From Octopus sinensis (Eukaryota): a DNA stretch of 64,000 bases. Positions 24,434 through 36,627 of the stretch are shown here, piece by piece (position 1 is the first letter of the stretch; every line of letters begins with the position of its first letter). The DNA lies in contig NC_042998.1 of assembly GCF_006345805.1 (NCBI RefSeq), forward strand, positions 40,858,001 to 40,922,000, written 5' to 3'. The position numbers were made by a program, and so were the translations under genes. Below the pieces are notes generated by a model. It was not told the origin of the DNA. It worked only from the letters and a program-made list of their open reading frames with translations, and ran no database searches.

Positions 24434-24826
24434 AGTGCAGGAGTGGCTGTGTGGTAAGTAGCTTGCTAACCAACCACATGGTACCGGGTTCAGTCCCACT
24501 GAGTGGCATCTTGGGCAAGTGTCTTCTGCTATAGCCCCGGGCCGACCAATGCCTTGTGAGTGGATTTGGTAGACGGAAACTGAAAGAAGCCTGTCGTATA
24601 TATGTATATATATTTATGTATGTGTGTGTGTGTGTGTTTGTCCCCCTAGCATTGCTTGACAACCGATGCTAGTGTGTTTACGTCCCCGTCACTTAGCGGT
24701 TCGGCAAAAGTGACCGATAGAATAAGTACTGGGCTTACAAAGAATAAGTCCCGGGGTTGATTTGCTCGACTAAAGGCGGTGCTCCAGCATGGCCGCAGTC
24801 AAATGACTGAAACAAGTAAAAGAGTA
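24434..24826 (+). mobile_element. Young full-length SINE family 1 (tRNA head, CORE-like centre, internal TA/TG microsatellite)
   Basis: GGAGTGGCTGTGTGGTAAG (A-box-like), GGGTTCAGTCCC (B-box-like), CTTGGGCAAGTGTCTTC central motif, CpGs largely preserved, tail CAAATGACTGAAACAAGTAAAAGAGT. At least 8 homologous copies in the window. Confidence 0.92.
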
Positions 24827-25399
24827 TAGCAAATTGCTCAGTTAATTCAAGCCCTTCTCCCCCCAAGACATTCAATGATTAAAAAAATCTTTTGGGAGAA
24901 AATAATCGTGAACTTAGGACTTTGGTTATTGTCGACGCATGAATTCTTCTAAAATACTTTTGTTGAAAAATATGATGGTAAAATATGTTGAATATGTAGC
25001 TACAGGAAATATCTTTGAATTTATGATAAACCTTTAATATCTGCTGTTACTACTAAAAAAAATCTATTTTTGATACACTAAAGCATGTCTGATATTCAGA
25101 TTCACTTGGAAAATTCTCTTTTGAAAGAATGTAAAATTAGTGGGTTGTTATGAAATATTACGAAAGATAGGGTGCAGAATATTTAGTTTTTTTTTTCTTT
25201 TTTTTCTACACTTCAGTCGTTAATAATCTGTATTTTTTTTCTTTTTTGTATGCTTGTAAATATTAATTGCAATTTTGTTAAGCACAGTGTTAACCATATA
25301 TTTTACAAGCTAAGTCAGAAGCTTGAAAGCCACTGCTTCATAATCTCCATTTTATAACCTTTTTCTGTATGAAGGAAAACCTAGATGATTTGTGAAAAC

Positions 25400-26979
25400 A
25401 ATTCAACAAGAATTCCTTTCTCGTCCTAGAAATAAATTATTGTAGGTTAAAATATTTACATTTTTATAAATTCTCCTTCGTGTTATTGTATTTTTCGAAA
25501 ACAGAAATCTACGAACACTTCTGTAGTTTGTAACTTTTGTAAATCAAGAAATAAAACGATTCCTTAAAAGCTATCCTAATTTAGTAGTCAGCCAACCCGA
25601 CTATAAACAAACTTCAGTCAGTAGTGTCAACGCTTAACACATGGTGACTGTCATAGTTTCAGCTTCGGGTCATTCAGTTCCCATCTCTCTGCAAAGGATT
25701 CAACGTTTACTTGAGTGCATAAAACTTATGCATATAAAATATATTTTAAATATATAATGTTGCTAGTAGTACATTGTCCAGCCTTTATTTAATCGCATGT
25801 CAGTCTAGTGCTGAATATTTCTTTCCGCTTTTCTTTCTCTCTTCCTTTTCATTCATAACTGTTTGTCATCCTATTAGATAGTGACATACATCACAGATAA
25901 CCATGAAAAGAATGACTATATCTTTATTTACTCTATTGGGGCGCCACAGGGAACAAATTATAGTTTATCCTTTTCCCTGATAAATTGCCTTCTGGTTCAC
26001 ATGCTATGGTCATCTAAACTTTTCCACTTTATCGAGTGTGATGCTGTTAAAGTAGCGTGCTTTATCTTCGAGTGCATCAGGCATAACCTGGCATATTTCT
26101 AATACCACCAAAACTGCTATCACTTTGTGTATGTGTATCTGTTAGCCTGTGTGTGTAGTTCAATTTGAATGACAATAGTCGCAAAAAATGGTTCGGCTAA
26201 GTGGTTATTTTGAAAGTTTGGGTACGGTTAGTGCAGAATGACCTGTGTTTGTTATTAAAAAATTGTTTACTCCACTAAAGATTTTAAAAATATTGTTATT
26301 TAAAAGAATTACTGTTACTGTTTACTCATCAGCGACGTTTGCACTAGGACTATGGTGCATGACAGTAGAATTGAACACCTTACCACGACGAACCCTATTA
26401 CTCAACATTCTTTAGAAGCGATTAACTTTGAGAAGAGAGATACATTGATTATTTTCTAGTAGATTTGGATTAGCGGTTTATTTTAATGGAGAAACTATGG
26501 CTGCTTTGATTAATCGTGTTTACGTTCGCAAAACAAAAGGTAAGTTTCAAGAAAGTTAGTATTTGTACTCCCTGTATAGTTAGTTCTTGTACTTCCTTCA
26601 TTGTTGAAATATGTACAATATATGTAATATTCAATTAGTTTAGTTGAAGTAATTTCAGAATTGTTCAAAAGCTCGTAGGTGTTCTTGTTATTTTAACCTG
26701 GGGTCAGCCCTGATCGATCAGACCTATAATCAAAGGTGTTCTAACCGCGACCATCCCGTCATTTTGTATACCTGGGATTACTTTGTTCAGTTTGTCATCC
26801 TTTTTTATCAGACGGTAGGATGACATTTAAAGGAGATTTGACTGTTATTTCTAGCATGTTGGGCGATTTTGCAGAGGATCTTTCGTTAGGTCGGAAGCTA
26901 GTAATTCACTTTGATTACATGTGTACACACACATGTATTGAGTACTTTTTCTCTCATTTGTTAATTGAAACGTCATATA

Positions 26980-27038
<59 letters not shown>

Positions 27039-28150
27039 AACAATTCTCAAAAAAGTCTCATTTAAACAATGTTGTATCATATGTGTATTCGAACATTACG
27101 CACACACACATATATACCTTATTATTAGAAAGGGTTTCTTGTTTTTGTTTTTTTTATACGGATGTTTTAAATATTTTAAAATTTTGTGATTTGTTTTAAT
27201 GTGATTTTAATAGGCAAAACGAAAATTTGTTTTTCCGAGTTGACAAGTACAGCAAACAAATGTTTGCATCAAGTATTTTTAGGGAACATCATACATACAT
27301 GCATGCGCATATTATTGCATTTGCATACGGTCTGTGTATGCACTCAAACGCCCCTTTAGTTTCACTTTTTACAGACGTGCGTACTCTTTTTGCGTTCTCA
27401 GTAATACTTTCGCACACATACCTATTCTTTTTCCATACATAATACGTTGCCTTCATGCATTCTTAAACGAGTTTATATCTTCACCAGTAGGCATTTGGTA
27501 GTTGCGCGTGTGCACGTATACACACACACACGCACGTGCGCACAGATGCTTTTCACGCGCATATATTTATTTACTCAATATTTACTCTCCCTTACAATTG
27601 CCGTACTCATATTTTGTCAAACACGCACACATTCTGATTGCATATTATTCATGCGAATAAAATTCATACCCAATGATGCTTATATATATATATATATATA
27701 TATATTTATAACACTAGTCATAAACGCATTTGATAGGAAATAATTTCCATGAATGACCCTGAGGAAATGTTTATATCCTATTAAGAATTAATCAAAATAG
27801 GATTATATATTTGTTTTTAATCTGTCAGCTATTTAGTCACATTAACTTTGTTATTGGTTATTTTAAACGAGTATTATGATCAAACTTCTTTATATTCTAT
27901 TTTCAGTGAGTTTAGTGTCGATATAGATGTTTGTTTAGCCACAGGTTAACTCTTATCGAGATTATCAAAGATATTCCAGCCTAACCATCTTGTCTGTTTG
28001 GTCAGGTTGGCATTATCTAGTATGTCCTTAATTTTCTGAGACTGTAGAGTATGAATTAAGAGGAGTTTTGCTGTTATTTCTAGCAGGTCGAGTCTCTGCG
28101 TGTGCATGTTAAGATCAACATTGTCTGAATATTTTTGCTCGGCTTTTGAT
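25400..28150 (+). promoter_or_regulatory. CpG-enriched, repeat-poor promoter/first-exon zone
   Basis: About 14 CpGs counted by eye in 26041-26540 versus 0-2 per 500 bp in unique flanks such as 29500-30000. The enrichment brackets the candidate first exon. Confidence 0.6.
26497..26539 (+). CDS. Candidate first coding exon of the dystrophin-like gene (MAALINRVYVRKTK + G, phase 1)
   Basis: AACTATGG start context (A at -3, G at +4), 14 codons + 1 nt, strong donor AG|GTAAGT at 26540. The G joins AT of the 57715 exon to give Asp in frame. Lies in the CpG-rich zone. No transcript evidence. Confidence 0.6.
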
Positions 28151-30536
28151 CTTATCCATATTTTCTGTTTGTACAATAGATTCAAAAGTTTTCTTTTTTT
28201 CTCCTTTAAATAGAAATTGGCTGACTTGAATGTAATGACAGTAAATATATATTTCTATTATAAGCAGAGGGGTACATCATTTCAGAATATAATAGAATCA
28301 ATCCATTATATCTCCCTTACCCCCAACTGTTTTGGATTGGTACTTATTTTATTGATCCTATAAGAATACAGGTGAAGTTGACTCTGGCATAATTTTAAAT
28401 ATATACTAGTTGTCAGTGGATATATGAATATTTTGTATGTTTTTGTTTGACTTTTCTAGGCAAACAATAGTCCATATTCTTAAAAAAGGAAGTTTTAGTA
28501 TAAATTGTATGGTATGTGTCTTACTTATTTGCTCAGCTAATGCAAAGAAAAATTTCTGGAAAATCATTTGGTTAAATGGATAAGATTGCAGTCACTTGTT
28601 ATCAAGAATTCACAGACAAGCTAGAGCATCAGTCATAATGCTTTACTGTATTTATTCTTGCTCTTTACAGTCGGAGTTGAAATATATGGTTAACTTAGCC
28701 TTTCAACCTTTCAGGGTCAATTAAATACAGTACTAATCAAGCACTGGAGTTGAAGTAATCAATTAGTCCCCTACCTTGAAATTTTTGGCCTTGTACCTAT
28801 GTTTAAGACATTTTACTTAAATTTGCAATTTAGTTTTAAAGTTATCATAGAATAACTTTCAAAGTCTACTGCCAACAAAATGAACAAACAAACAAAAATA
28901 TAAATAAAAAAAGAGGGAGAAAGAGGAAAACTTGAAACTTGAATAATCTCTCGTCATTTGCCTGATACATCTTTGGAATTTCTGTTACTCATCTTAATCA
29001 GTGTACAATATCAATTCATATTAATTTGGGGCAAATTACTTTCCATCCTGTTATTATTATATAAAAATACAATTTCTAGTTCATTCTACTGCTTAATCAA
29101 CTTTTGAAAATATGAGATTTTCATTACTAAAATGTAAATTAAAAAGGAACGTCAGATTTTCTCCATTTCAAGGCCAAGACTTACTGAAACAAACTTTCAC
29201 ACGAGCCTTCAGGAGTAATTTCAGTTGTCTAAAAATGTAACATTAAGAAATTTGCTATATGGGTGTGTGTGTTGCACATACACACATGTATATATAAACA
29301 AAACTCTTCGTCTGTCTCTGGAACATGTGTATATTTTTGTCCTTTTGACAGCTTTTGGCTTTTTGACCTAGTTGAAAGGAATAAGCTTGGGAATTAGTTT
29401 GCATATTGTTTAGTTTTATTCTTCTCTGGCTAAATTTGCATATGATAGAAACATGTAGCATAGTTATCCTTTTAAGATCATATTGAAGCCCAAACTATAT
29501 CTCCTTTTTTCGCTATCAAAAGTTTATTATTAGTGTTTATTTTTATGCTGATTGTTTGATTTCCTGCCAGAGCAAAGAATTTTTCTGTTGGACTTTGTTA
29601 GTATAAATTCTAACTTGTAGAATGTTTTTTTTTTCCTAAACTGAAGTGAATCAGATGAAATAAAGTACATTTACTGTTAACATTTTAAATCAATCTACAT
29701 TTGTTTGAACATGAATAATTTTCTCTTAGTAGTTGGTTATTTGAATTATATCATTTTATAGATTCTTGACTTAGATATATATTCTAATGATTACAAATTA
29801 GATAATCACTTTATGCAGATTGAATCTAATATCCTTGGTGACTTAATATTTGTTTTTGTAAAGGAATTGTTCAAGATTGTTATATTGCCTTAAGTCATTT
29901 AGAAAAGATAAGCGATTTTAACCATTGCATCAAATGATGCAGCTTAACAAGGAGCAAAAATGTCAGGTGCACTAGTCATAGTAACTAATAACATGAACAG
30001 GAGTGACCTAAAAAAGCATGATTAAAATATAAATTTACATAAAAAATTGAAGGACTGCTATTGTTTTTCATAACAAAGGATTTTCTTTCTGGAAATAGTA
30101 GTCATATGAAAGTAGGAGTAAGAAATATGATGCTAAATAACTAGAACAGAGATAATGAATGCAGGGATATCTAATGACTGGATAGGGGTTCAGTATGTAC
30201 TGTTTTAACTTTAAAAGTTTGAGAGCATGTAAACTATGTATGGAAGAAGGGTTTACTGAGCTACTGCAAAAATAATTTGTAATTTCTTATGTACTTCAAC
30301 AACAAAATAGAATAATGAAAAATTTGTAACAGATGTTTGGATTTTGTAAAGTATTTAATCTTGATAAATAGCATATGAGTTTTGTAGATCCTGGAATACA
30401 TTATTATCATATTAGATACAGTTCTTGTCTCCTATAGGAAATGTGAACAAATAAGTATTGTTTGTGTTATTGAATAAATTATGAAATGTATTCATATTAT
30501 AAAAACAATGTTTTTTATTTTAAATGTTAAAGAATT

Positions 30537-30925
30537 ATAGGCACAGACATAGCTATGTGGGTAAGAAGTTCACTATGCAACCACATGATTTTGGGTTCAG
30601 TCTTACTGAATGGCACCTTTGGCAAGTGTCTTCTATTATAACCCTGGGCCAACCAATGCCTTGTGAGTGAATTTAGTACATAGACACTATGTGTGTGTGT
30701 GTCTCCACCCCTCTCTCTCACTGCGTATCTCTCTCCATTGTTTGATGACCACTGTTGACTTGTTTATGTCCCTATAACTTAATGGCTTCATCAAAGGACA
30801 CCAGTAGAACAAGTACCTGATTTCAAAAATAAGTACTATGGTTGATTTGTTTGACTAAAGCCTTCAAGGTGGTGCCCAGCATGGCTGCATTCCAACAACT
30901 GAGACAAGTAAAAGATATAAAAAAG
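30537..30925 (+). mobile_element. SINE family 1 copy
   Basis: Colinear with 24434-24826, with CpG decay. Confidence 0.85.
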
Positions 30926-31129
30926 AAGTAAAAACTTTAATGAAAAATTGACAGAAAATGAAAATGAAGAAAACTAGCTATGCTAAAGCAAGAATAGCTG
31001 GTTTGTTGAGAGTTATAGTTGTTATCAAAACTGTCTACTTTTGACATGATCAGAGGAAATTTAGGTTAAAGAAATGATTTGATTGATTATATAGAATGGA
31101 TCCAAGATGTAACTTTGACAGAATGTCAA

Positions 31130-31800
31130 AGCTTAGAAAATGTTGATGTTATTGCAGCTTTTATTCTTTGAAAGCAATCTTATTATAGTAAGGAATCAGC
31201 AAAGCATTTTGATCCTGTCTGGTATGAAAATCTACCCAAAATCCCTGACTCATGGATTATATCCTAAGTTATTTACTTGAAATGACTACTTTTCCCCAGA
31301 TATATGTAAACGGGGTTGTTTCCAACTCTGTAGACTGCCATCTCTCAGTTTTCTTTTATTTCATTTAGAATTCTCTTGCTATCACCTGCAGCTACATATA
31401 AACTTTCATTTGCTTTGCTATATTTTTCTCTTACAAATAAGCAAATTTTGCAGAATTAAAAGTAAACCTATAAAATACCTTAATATTTAAGTATTAAATC
31501 AGATATTAATAAGAACCTCAAGCTTAATGTTACTCATCTATTCAAGATTAGCAACTTGATTCAAACCTCCACAACCTCTTTCATGCTTAGTGTCATTATG
31601 TCAGATTCCTAGAGAATCTACCCTTTACTCTCAGAATCCATGTCTCCTGATCTTTTCCCAACATTTTTTCAGAATTTTCTCTGTTTATAGTCAGTTTACA
31701 TTTAAAGGAAATTTATCTGAATGATTTCAACTCAGCTCACCTTGTAAACAAATGAATTTTTATCACAACTCCCTAATAGCTATCAGCAGAGCATTTATTA
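31130..31800 (+). mobile_element. Eroded CR1/L2-type RT remnant
   Basis: Fragments resembling ISKAFDxVW (ATCAGCAAAGCATTTTGATCCTGTCTGG) and VNGVVSNS; multiple frameshifts. Confidence 0.45.
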
Positions 31801-33464
31801 TTTTGGGATTGTAATTTACAAAACATATCTGCCAAGAAATTTTACTACTTGCTTCTGAGTAAAAACTGATATGACATCTTGGGGACAATTGATAGGCATT
31901 TATTGAAGCTTTAAGCTGCAACTTTTGTCAGTGTAAACTAATATAGAATATACACCTACATCTTTAAAAGAAACATAAGTTCTATACAGCACAATTATTT
32001 CAAGTCCTCTCCCTCCAAACAGTGAATGATAATATACTAATAATGATGATTAATAATAACCTTGGTTTGATACAGAGAGGATTTGTATACATGCAAATCT
32101 ATGTTTGCAGGCATAATGATACTGAGAAAAGTGATTCTATTTACATCACATCATTTAGTTGAAGAATAATGTATTTCTAAGGATGTTATTTGCAATAGAC
32201 TAGTATTGTATATATGGGGTTATTGGGTGAATTGCATTCTGAATATTATGCATACAGTCATTTCAGAATTAGGATTGCTGCAAAATATGAGCATGTATAA
32301 TTTTTATTTTAATATGGTTATTACTATACAGTGTGGAATGAATATGAATTTTACACTTATGGTACAAACTTAGGCAGTTGATTATATATGCAATTTGACA
32401 AATATTAGAATTCTGCTTTTACAAAGAAGTATAGTAATATTCTTGATAATATCTTCACTTCAGATATGTAAGTAATTTCACCCAAAGCAGCAAAATGATT
32501 CATATTTCAAGATATGGAATTATGAACTATAATCTAATATCCTGTCTAATGCAAATCTTTGAATATCTAGATTGGTTGATATTGGGTTTAGCATTATTTA
32601 ATTTCAGTTTATTCATGTTTTATTGATAATAAAATGCATTGTGAAGGAAAATAGCTTGCAGGAGATAACATAGTTAAGATTTATGAAATGTTTAATGGAT
32701 TAGCTTTCAGAAATTGAATAAGGATTTTAAGGTGATTACAGTTTTTGCTTGTTGCTACTCTATTCTTGATAAATTTACTCTATTTTTTAAAAAATTGAAA
32801 CCAAAATAATTGTCAAATCAAGTTGGCTTTAAGAAGTTCTATACATTAAATTACCAAGTTTACTAGTACATTACTGGCCTATTAAGTATTATCTTGATAT
32901 TCTTAAAGAAGATTGAAAGTAATTTTTCTTTTTTTTTTCCAAGGGTTTTTTTTTCCTTCTGTAATTAGAATATTGAGAATATGGTTAGTGGTCATTCACA
33001 TAGAGTGATATGCACTATTAATGAGAGTGAAAAGATAAGTTTTGCAGCATTTGAAATATAGGATTTGTTCTCTCATTACTACTTTAGTAAGTTTAGTGGC
33101 ATCTATGCTTTGCTGAAGAGGTCTAGTAAGATCAAAACCTGTTCAGTGTTCTGTACTTGACAAAAAAAACAACAAAAAAACTATTAACCAATGACTAATA
33201 TTGTGTTTTCTCACCACAATTTTTCTAATTGTCTCTTAGATACTCTCTGCATTAAATATGTTAGCACAACTTTTGTGATGGACAATTTTTTTTTTTCTTT
33301 TATTATAACTTTGTTCATTGGAAAACTGCAATTTAAAGCTTTTAATATCTCTAGAAAATTAATTTTTGTCAATTTGCATTTCTTCATTTCATATTCATTT
33401 TAATATTTTCAACATATGAGGGTTTTTCATACAGTTTCTGTTTACCTACAAAAAGAAACAGATA

Positions 33465-34730
33465 TTGGGTTGTCTGGAAAGTTCTTGCCGATTTTTAAAG
33501 GAAAGAAAAAGGTTAATGAATACTTGCTATTACATTTTTAATCAACCATTTTGTTGTACAATGCGTCTCCATCTTTCCTTTAACTTGAAAATACCCTCTT
33601 CCCAGAATTGAAGTGGTTTCATGGCAAAGAATTCATCAAGGTATCTTTTTACATCATCCAAGGAATTGAATTTTTTACCATTACGACTATTCTGCAGAGA
33701 CCTGAATAAGTGGAAATCCAATGGAAGCAATATCTGGTGAATATGGAGGGTGGGGTAACACATCCCAGCCGAGCTTCAGCAAATTTTGTCTGGTTCCCAA
33801 AGAAACGTGCGGTTTTGCTTTATCATGTTGGAAAACAACACCCTCCCTGTTGGCCAATTCTGGATGTTTCTCTTGAATTGTTGCTTTTAACTTGTCAAGT
33901 TGTGTGCAGTATTTCTCAGAATTAATTGTCTGGTTACTTGGGAGAAGCTCATAATACAGAATTCCTTTCCAATCCCATCAGACACAAAGCAAGACTTTTT
34001 AGGGTGAAGACACGCTATTGGAGTGGCTATGGGTGGCTCACGTCACTTACTCTAGGATCGCTTTCTCTGAACATTTCGGTAGATAATCCATTTCTCATCA
34101 CCTGTCACAATTTACTTTAAAAAAGGCACGTTTTCATTCCGTTTATAAAGCGAATCACAGATGGAAATGCGATTCAAAAGGTTCTTCTCACTCATCTCAT
34201 GTGGTACCCAAAAATCGTAGCAATTTGTGTACCCAAGCTTTACCAGGTGCTCATGAATGATGGATTTTGATAGGTTGAGGCTTTCTGCCAATTATTGGGT
34301 TGTGCAGTGTGGGTTATTCTCAATTAATGACTTGATTTGGTCATCATCTGTAGTGGATGGTCTGCCTGATCACTCTTTATCAATAAGGCTACAATCTCCA
34401 GCTCGGAACCTTGCGAACCATTTCTGTACAGTTCTTTCAGATACAGAAACATCACCATAAACTGCACATATTTCTTTGGTTGCTTGTGAGGCATTTTTTC
34501 CTTTATGGAAAAAGAAAAGCATCAAGTGCTGAAAATGAACTTTCTTATCTTCCATTTTAAAGGGTTACAGAATTAACACAGGTTATAGGAACACAAACCT
34601 TCTTCCATGAAAAGATAGCTTAAACTAAATGGAGGTGTAGTCAAATCCTATTTTATGGACTCAACCATGTTCTAAAATAAGTCAAAAGGTAAGCTACTAT
34701 AAATCGGCATAAACTTTCCGGACAACCCAA
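33465..34730 (-). mobile_element. Full-length (1266 bp) mariner transposon, DD34D, mellifera-subfamily-like, pseudogenised
   Basis: TIRs TTGGGTTGTCTGGAAAGTTCTTGCCGATTT and, reverse-complemented, TTGGGTTGTCCGGAAAGTTTATGCCGATTT; TA on both sides (33463-64, 34731-32). Transposase MEDKKVHFQHLMLFFFHKGKNASQA...WVPHEM...IVTGDEKW...QHDKAKPH...HPPYSPDIA/PLDFHLFRSLQN with stops and frameshifts. Confidence 0.95.
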
Positions 34731-34776
34731 TATTTCCTTTGGTTGATAAATGCTATTAAACTTTAAAAAAAATACC

Positions 34777-35147
34777 AAGCTTTAATTGTGGACGGAACCT
34801 GTGGCAGGGGTAGACCAAGGAAGACATGGGAAAAAGTGGTGAAAAAGGATCTTCAAACTTGGGGGCTTACTAAGGAAATGACAAGGGATCATGGGTTTTG
34901 GCAAATTGTTGTACTTAAGAAGTCATGTCAAGCTAAGTAAAATCACTTGTCCTTTACAGATGCCAGTGCTGTGTATATGCACATGTGCTGGTGGCATGTA
35001 AGAAGCACCCAGCACATTGAGGTTGATGTTAGGAAGGACATCCAGCTGTAGAAATCATGTTTCAACAGACAGCAGCTGGCCAGCACCTGTCAAACCGTCC
35101 AACCTATGCCAGCATAGAAAAGGGACATTAAATGAGGATGATGAAGA
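34777..35147 (+). mobile_element. RTE LINE 3' end (C-terminal codons, 3' UTR, GAT tail)
   Basis: LIVDGTCGRGRPRKTWEKVVKKDL...EMTRD..W then AGGAAGGACATCCAGCTGTAGAAA...ACATTAAATGAGGATGATG. Confidence 0.8.
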
Positions 35148-36135
35148 TACTGCTGAAGCAAGAGATGTATACAAATGAACATTAATAACTGACCAATGCC
35201 AATGCATCTGTCATAAATAAAGTCCTTTTATAATGATTAATCAATTGGAATCTATGCAGAAATATTTAGTTATTTCTAAAAAGATTTGATGCGAAAAAAG
35301 AGAGTGAACAATGCTTTTTAAACTAATTCTTACTAGGTGATTGTCAGTTACATTAGAATCTCTGATGTTGTGTATTCACATAAATGTGTGCACCCTTATC
35401 TACAACCCCACGTATATATCTACTCTCAAATCACACCTCAAAGCACCTTCATCAAATAACTTGCTCTGTCCCTTTCATTTGCATGTACACATATGTGCAC
35501 ACATGTACACAGTCTCTCACAAAAATGTGTTGGAAAGAAATTAGCAGTTTTAAGCTTGAGATAAAAAACAACATATGATATTTTGGACAGCAAAACAATC
35601 AGATTGTACAACAAATAGACAAGAGAATTAGCATCATTTCACCTAAAATCATTTCCTTTTTAATCTATGCTTCTCTACTGTTGGCTGTTCTCATTTTTTG
35701 GGAGAAAGGCATGTTGAGAGTTATCTTGGAAATTGGAATTCAGTAATAGGAAATCCTGTACATTTCTCTGAAGCTTTAATTTTAATTATTAACTCTATCT
35801 TATACAATTTATCATGTCATCTTATTTAATAATTGTTGCCTTTTTCAACATATATGCAAAGTGCACACTCCCAAGTTTATATCTGAATGTTAGGAATGTG
35901 TAAGATGAATAGCAGATAAAATTTTCCTGCAATATCATTTTGGTACTTGCTTTAGCTTACATAGTTGTTAACGTCAGATAAAGATGTCTGAAAAGTATAC
36001 TTTCTTTTTTCTTTTTTTTTTTAATGTCAAGTTTCAGTTATGATTCTCATTAAACTTAATATAAAACATATTTCATACATGCTTCTCCACAATAATTAAT
36101 AAACCCGTTTAGTAAATGGTTATTTAAATAAATTT

Positions 36136-36627
36136 TAAATGCAAGGAAAATGATAATGTTTTTATTATTTGTCTTAAATATTGATTTTAATTTTTGAAAG
36201 AGTTCTGGATACTATTCTAATCTTAGTGATATCTGATCATCATCTATATTATTTGAACACAAATTCTTCACTCTTAGCTTATTATTCTTTTCTACTCTAG
36301 GCACAAGGCCTGAAATTTTGGGGGAGGGGGGCAGTCAATTAGATCAACCCCAGAATGCAACTGGTACTTAATTTATCGACACTAAAAGGATGAAAAGTAA
36401 AGTCAACCTTGGCGGAATTTGAACTCAGAACGTAAAGACAGACAAAATACTGCTAAGCATTTTGCCCAGCATGCTAATGTTTCTGCCAGTTCGCTGCCTC
36501 TCTTAGCTTATTCATAAATGCAAGGAAAATGATAATGTATTTATTATTTGTCTTAAATATTGTTTTTAATTTTTGAAAGAGTTCTGGATACTATTCTAAT
36601 CTTAGTGATATCTGACAATCATCTATA
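36136..36627. repeat. 113-bp direct duplication (36136-36248 and 36515-36627) flanking a SINE
   Basis: TAAATGCAAGGAAAATGATAATG...CTATTCTAATCTTAGTGATATCTGA...ATCTATA occurs twice with about 4 differences. Confidence 0.9.
36284..36499 (-). mobile_element. SINE family 2 (tRNA head, Deu/Nin-like domain) with 13-bp TSD
   Basis: Minus strand GGCAGCGAACTGGCAGAAAC...GAGTTCAAATTCC...GTTGACTTTACTTTTCATCCTTTT...GATAAATTAAGTACCAG; TSD CTCTTAGCTTATT at 36271-36283 and 36500-36512. Confidence 0.88.

Noticed and set aside
26320-26345. Minus-strand AAACGTCG-CTGATGA resembling hammerhead boxes (similar at 12355-12378)
   Set aside because: Boxes are too close together to form the required stems in any hammerhead topology.
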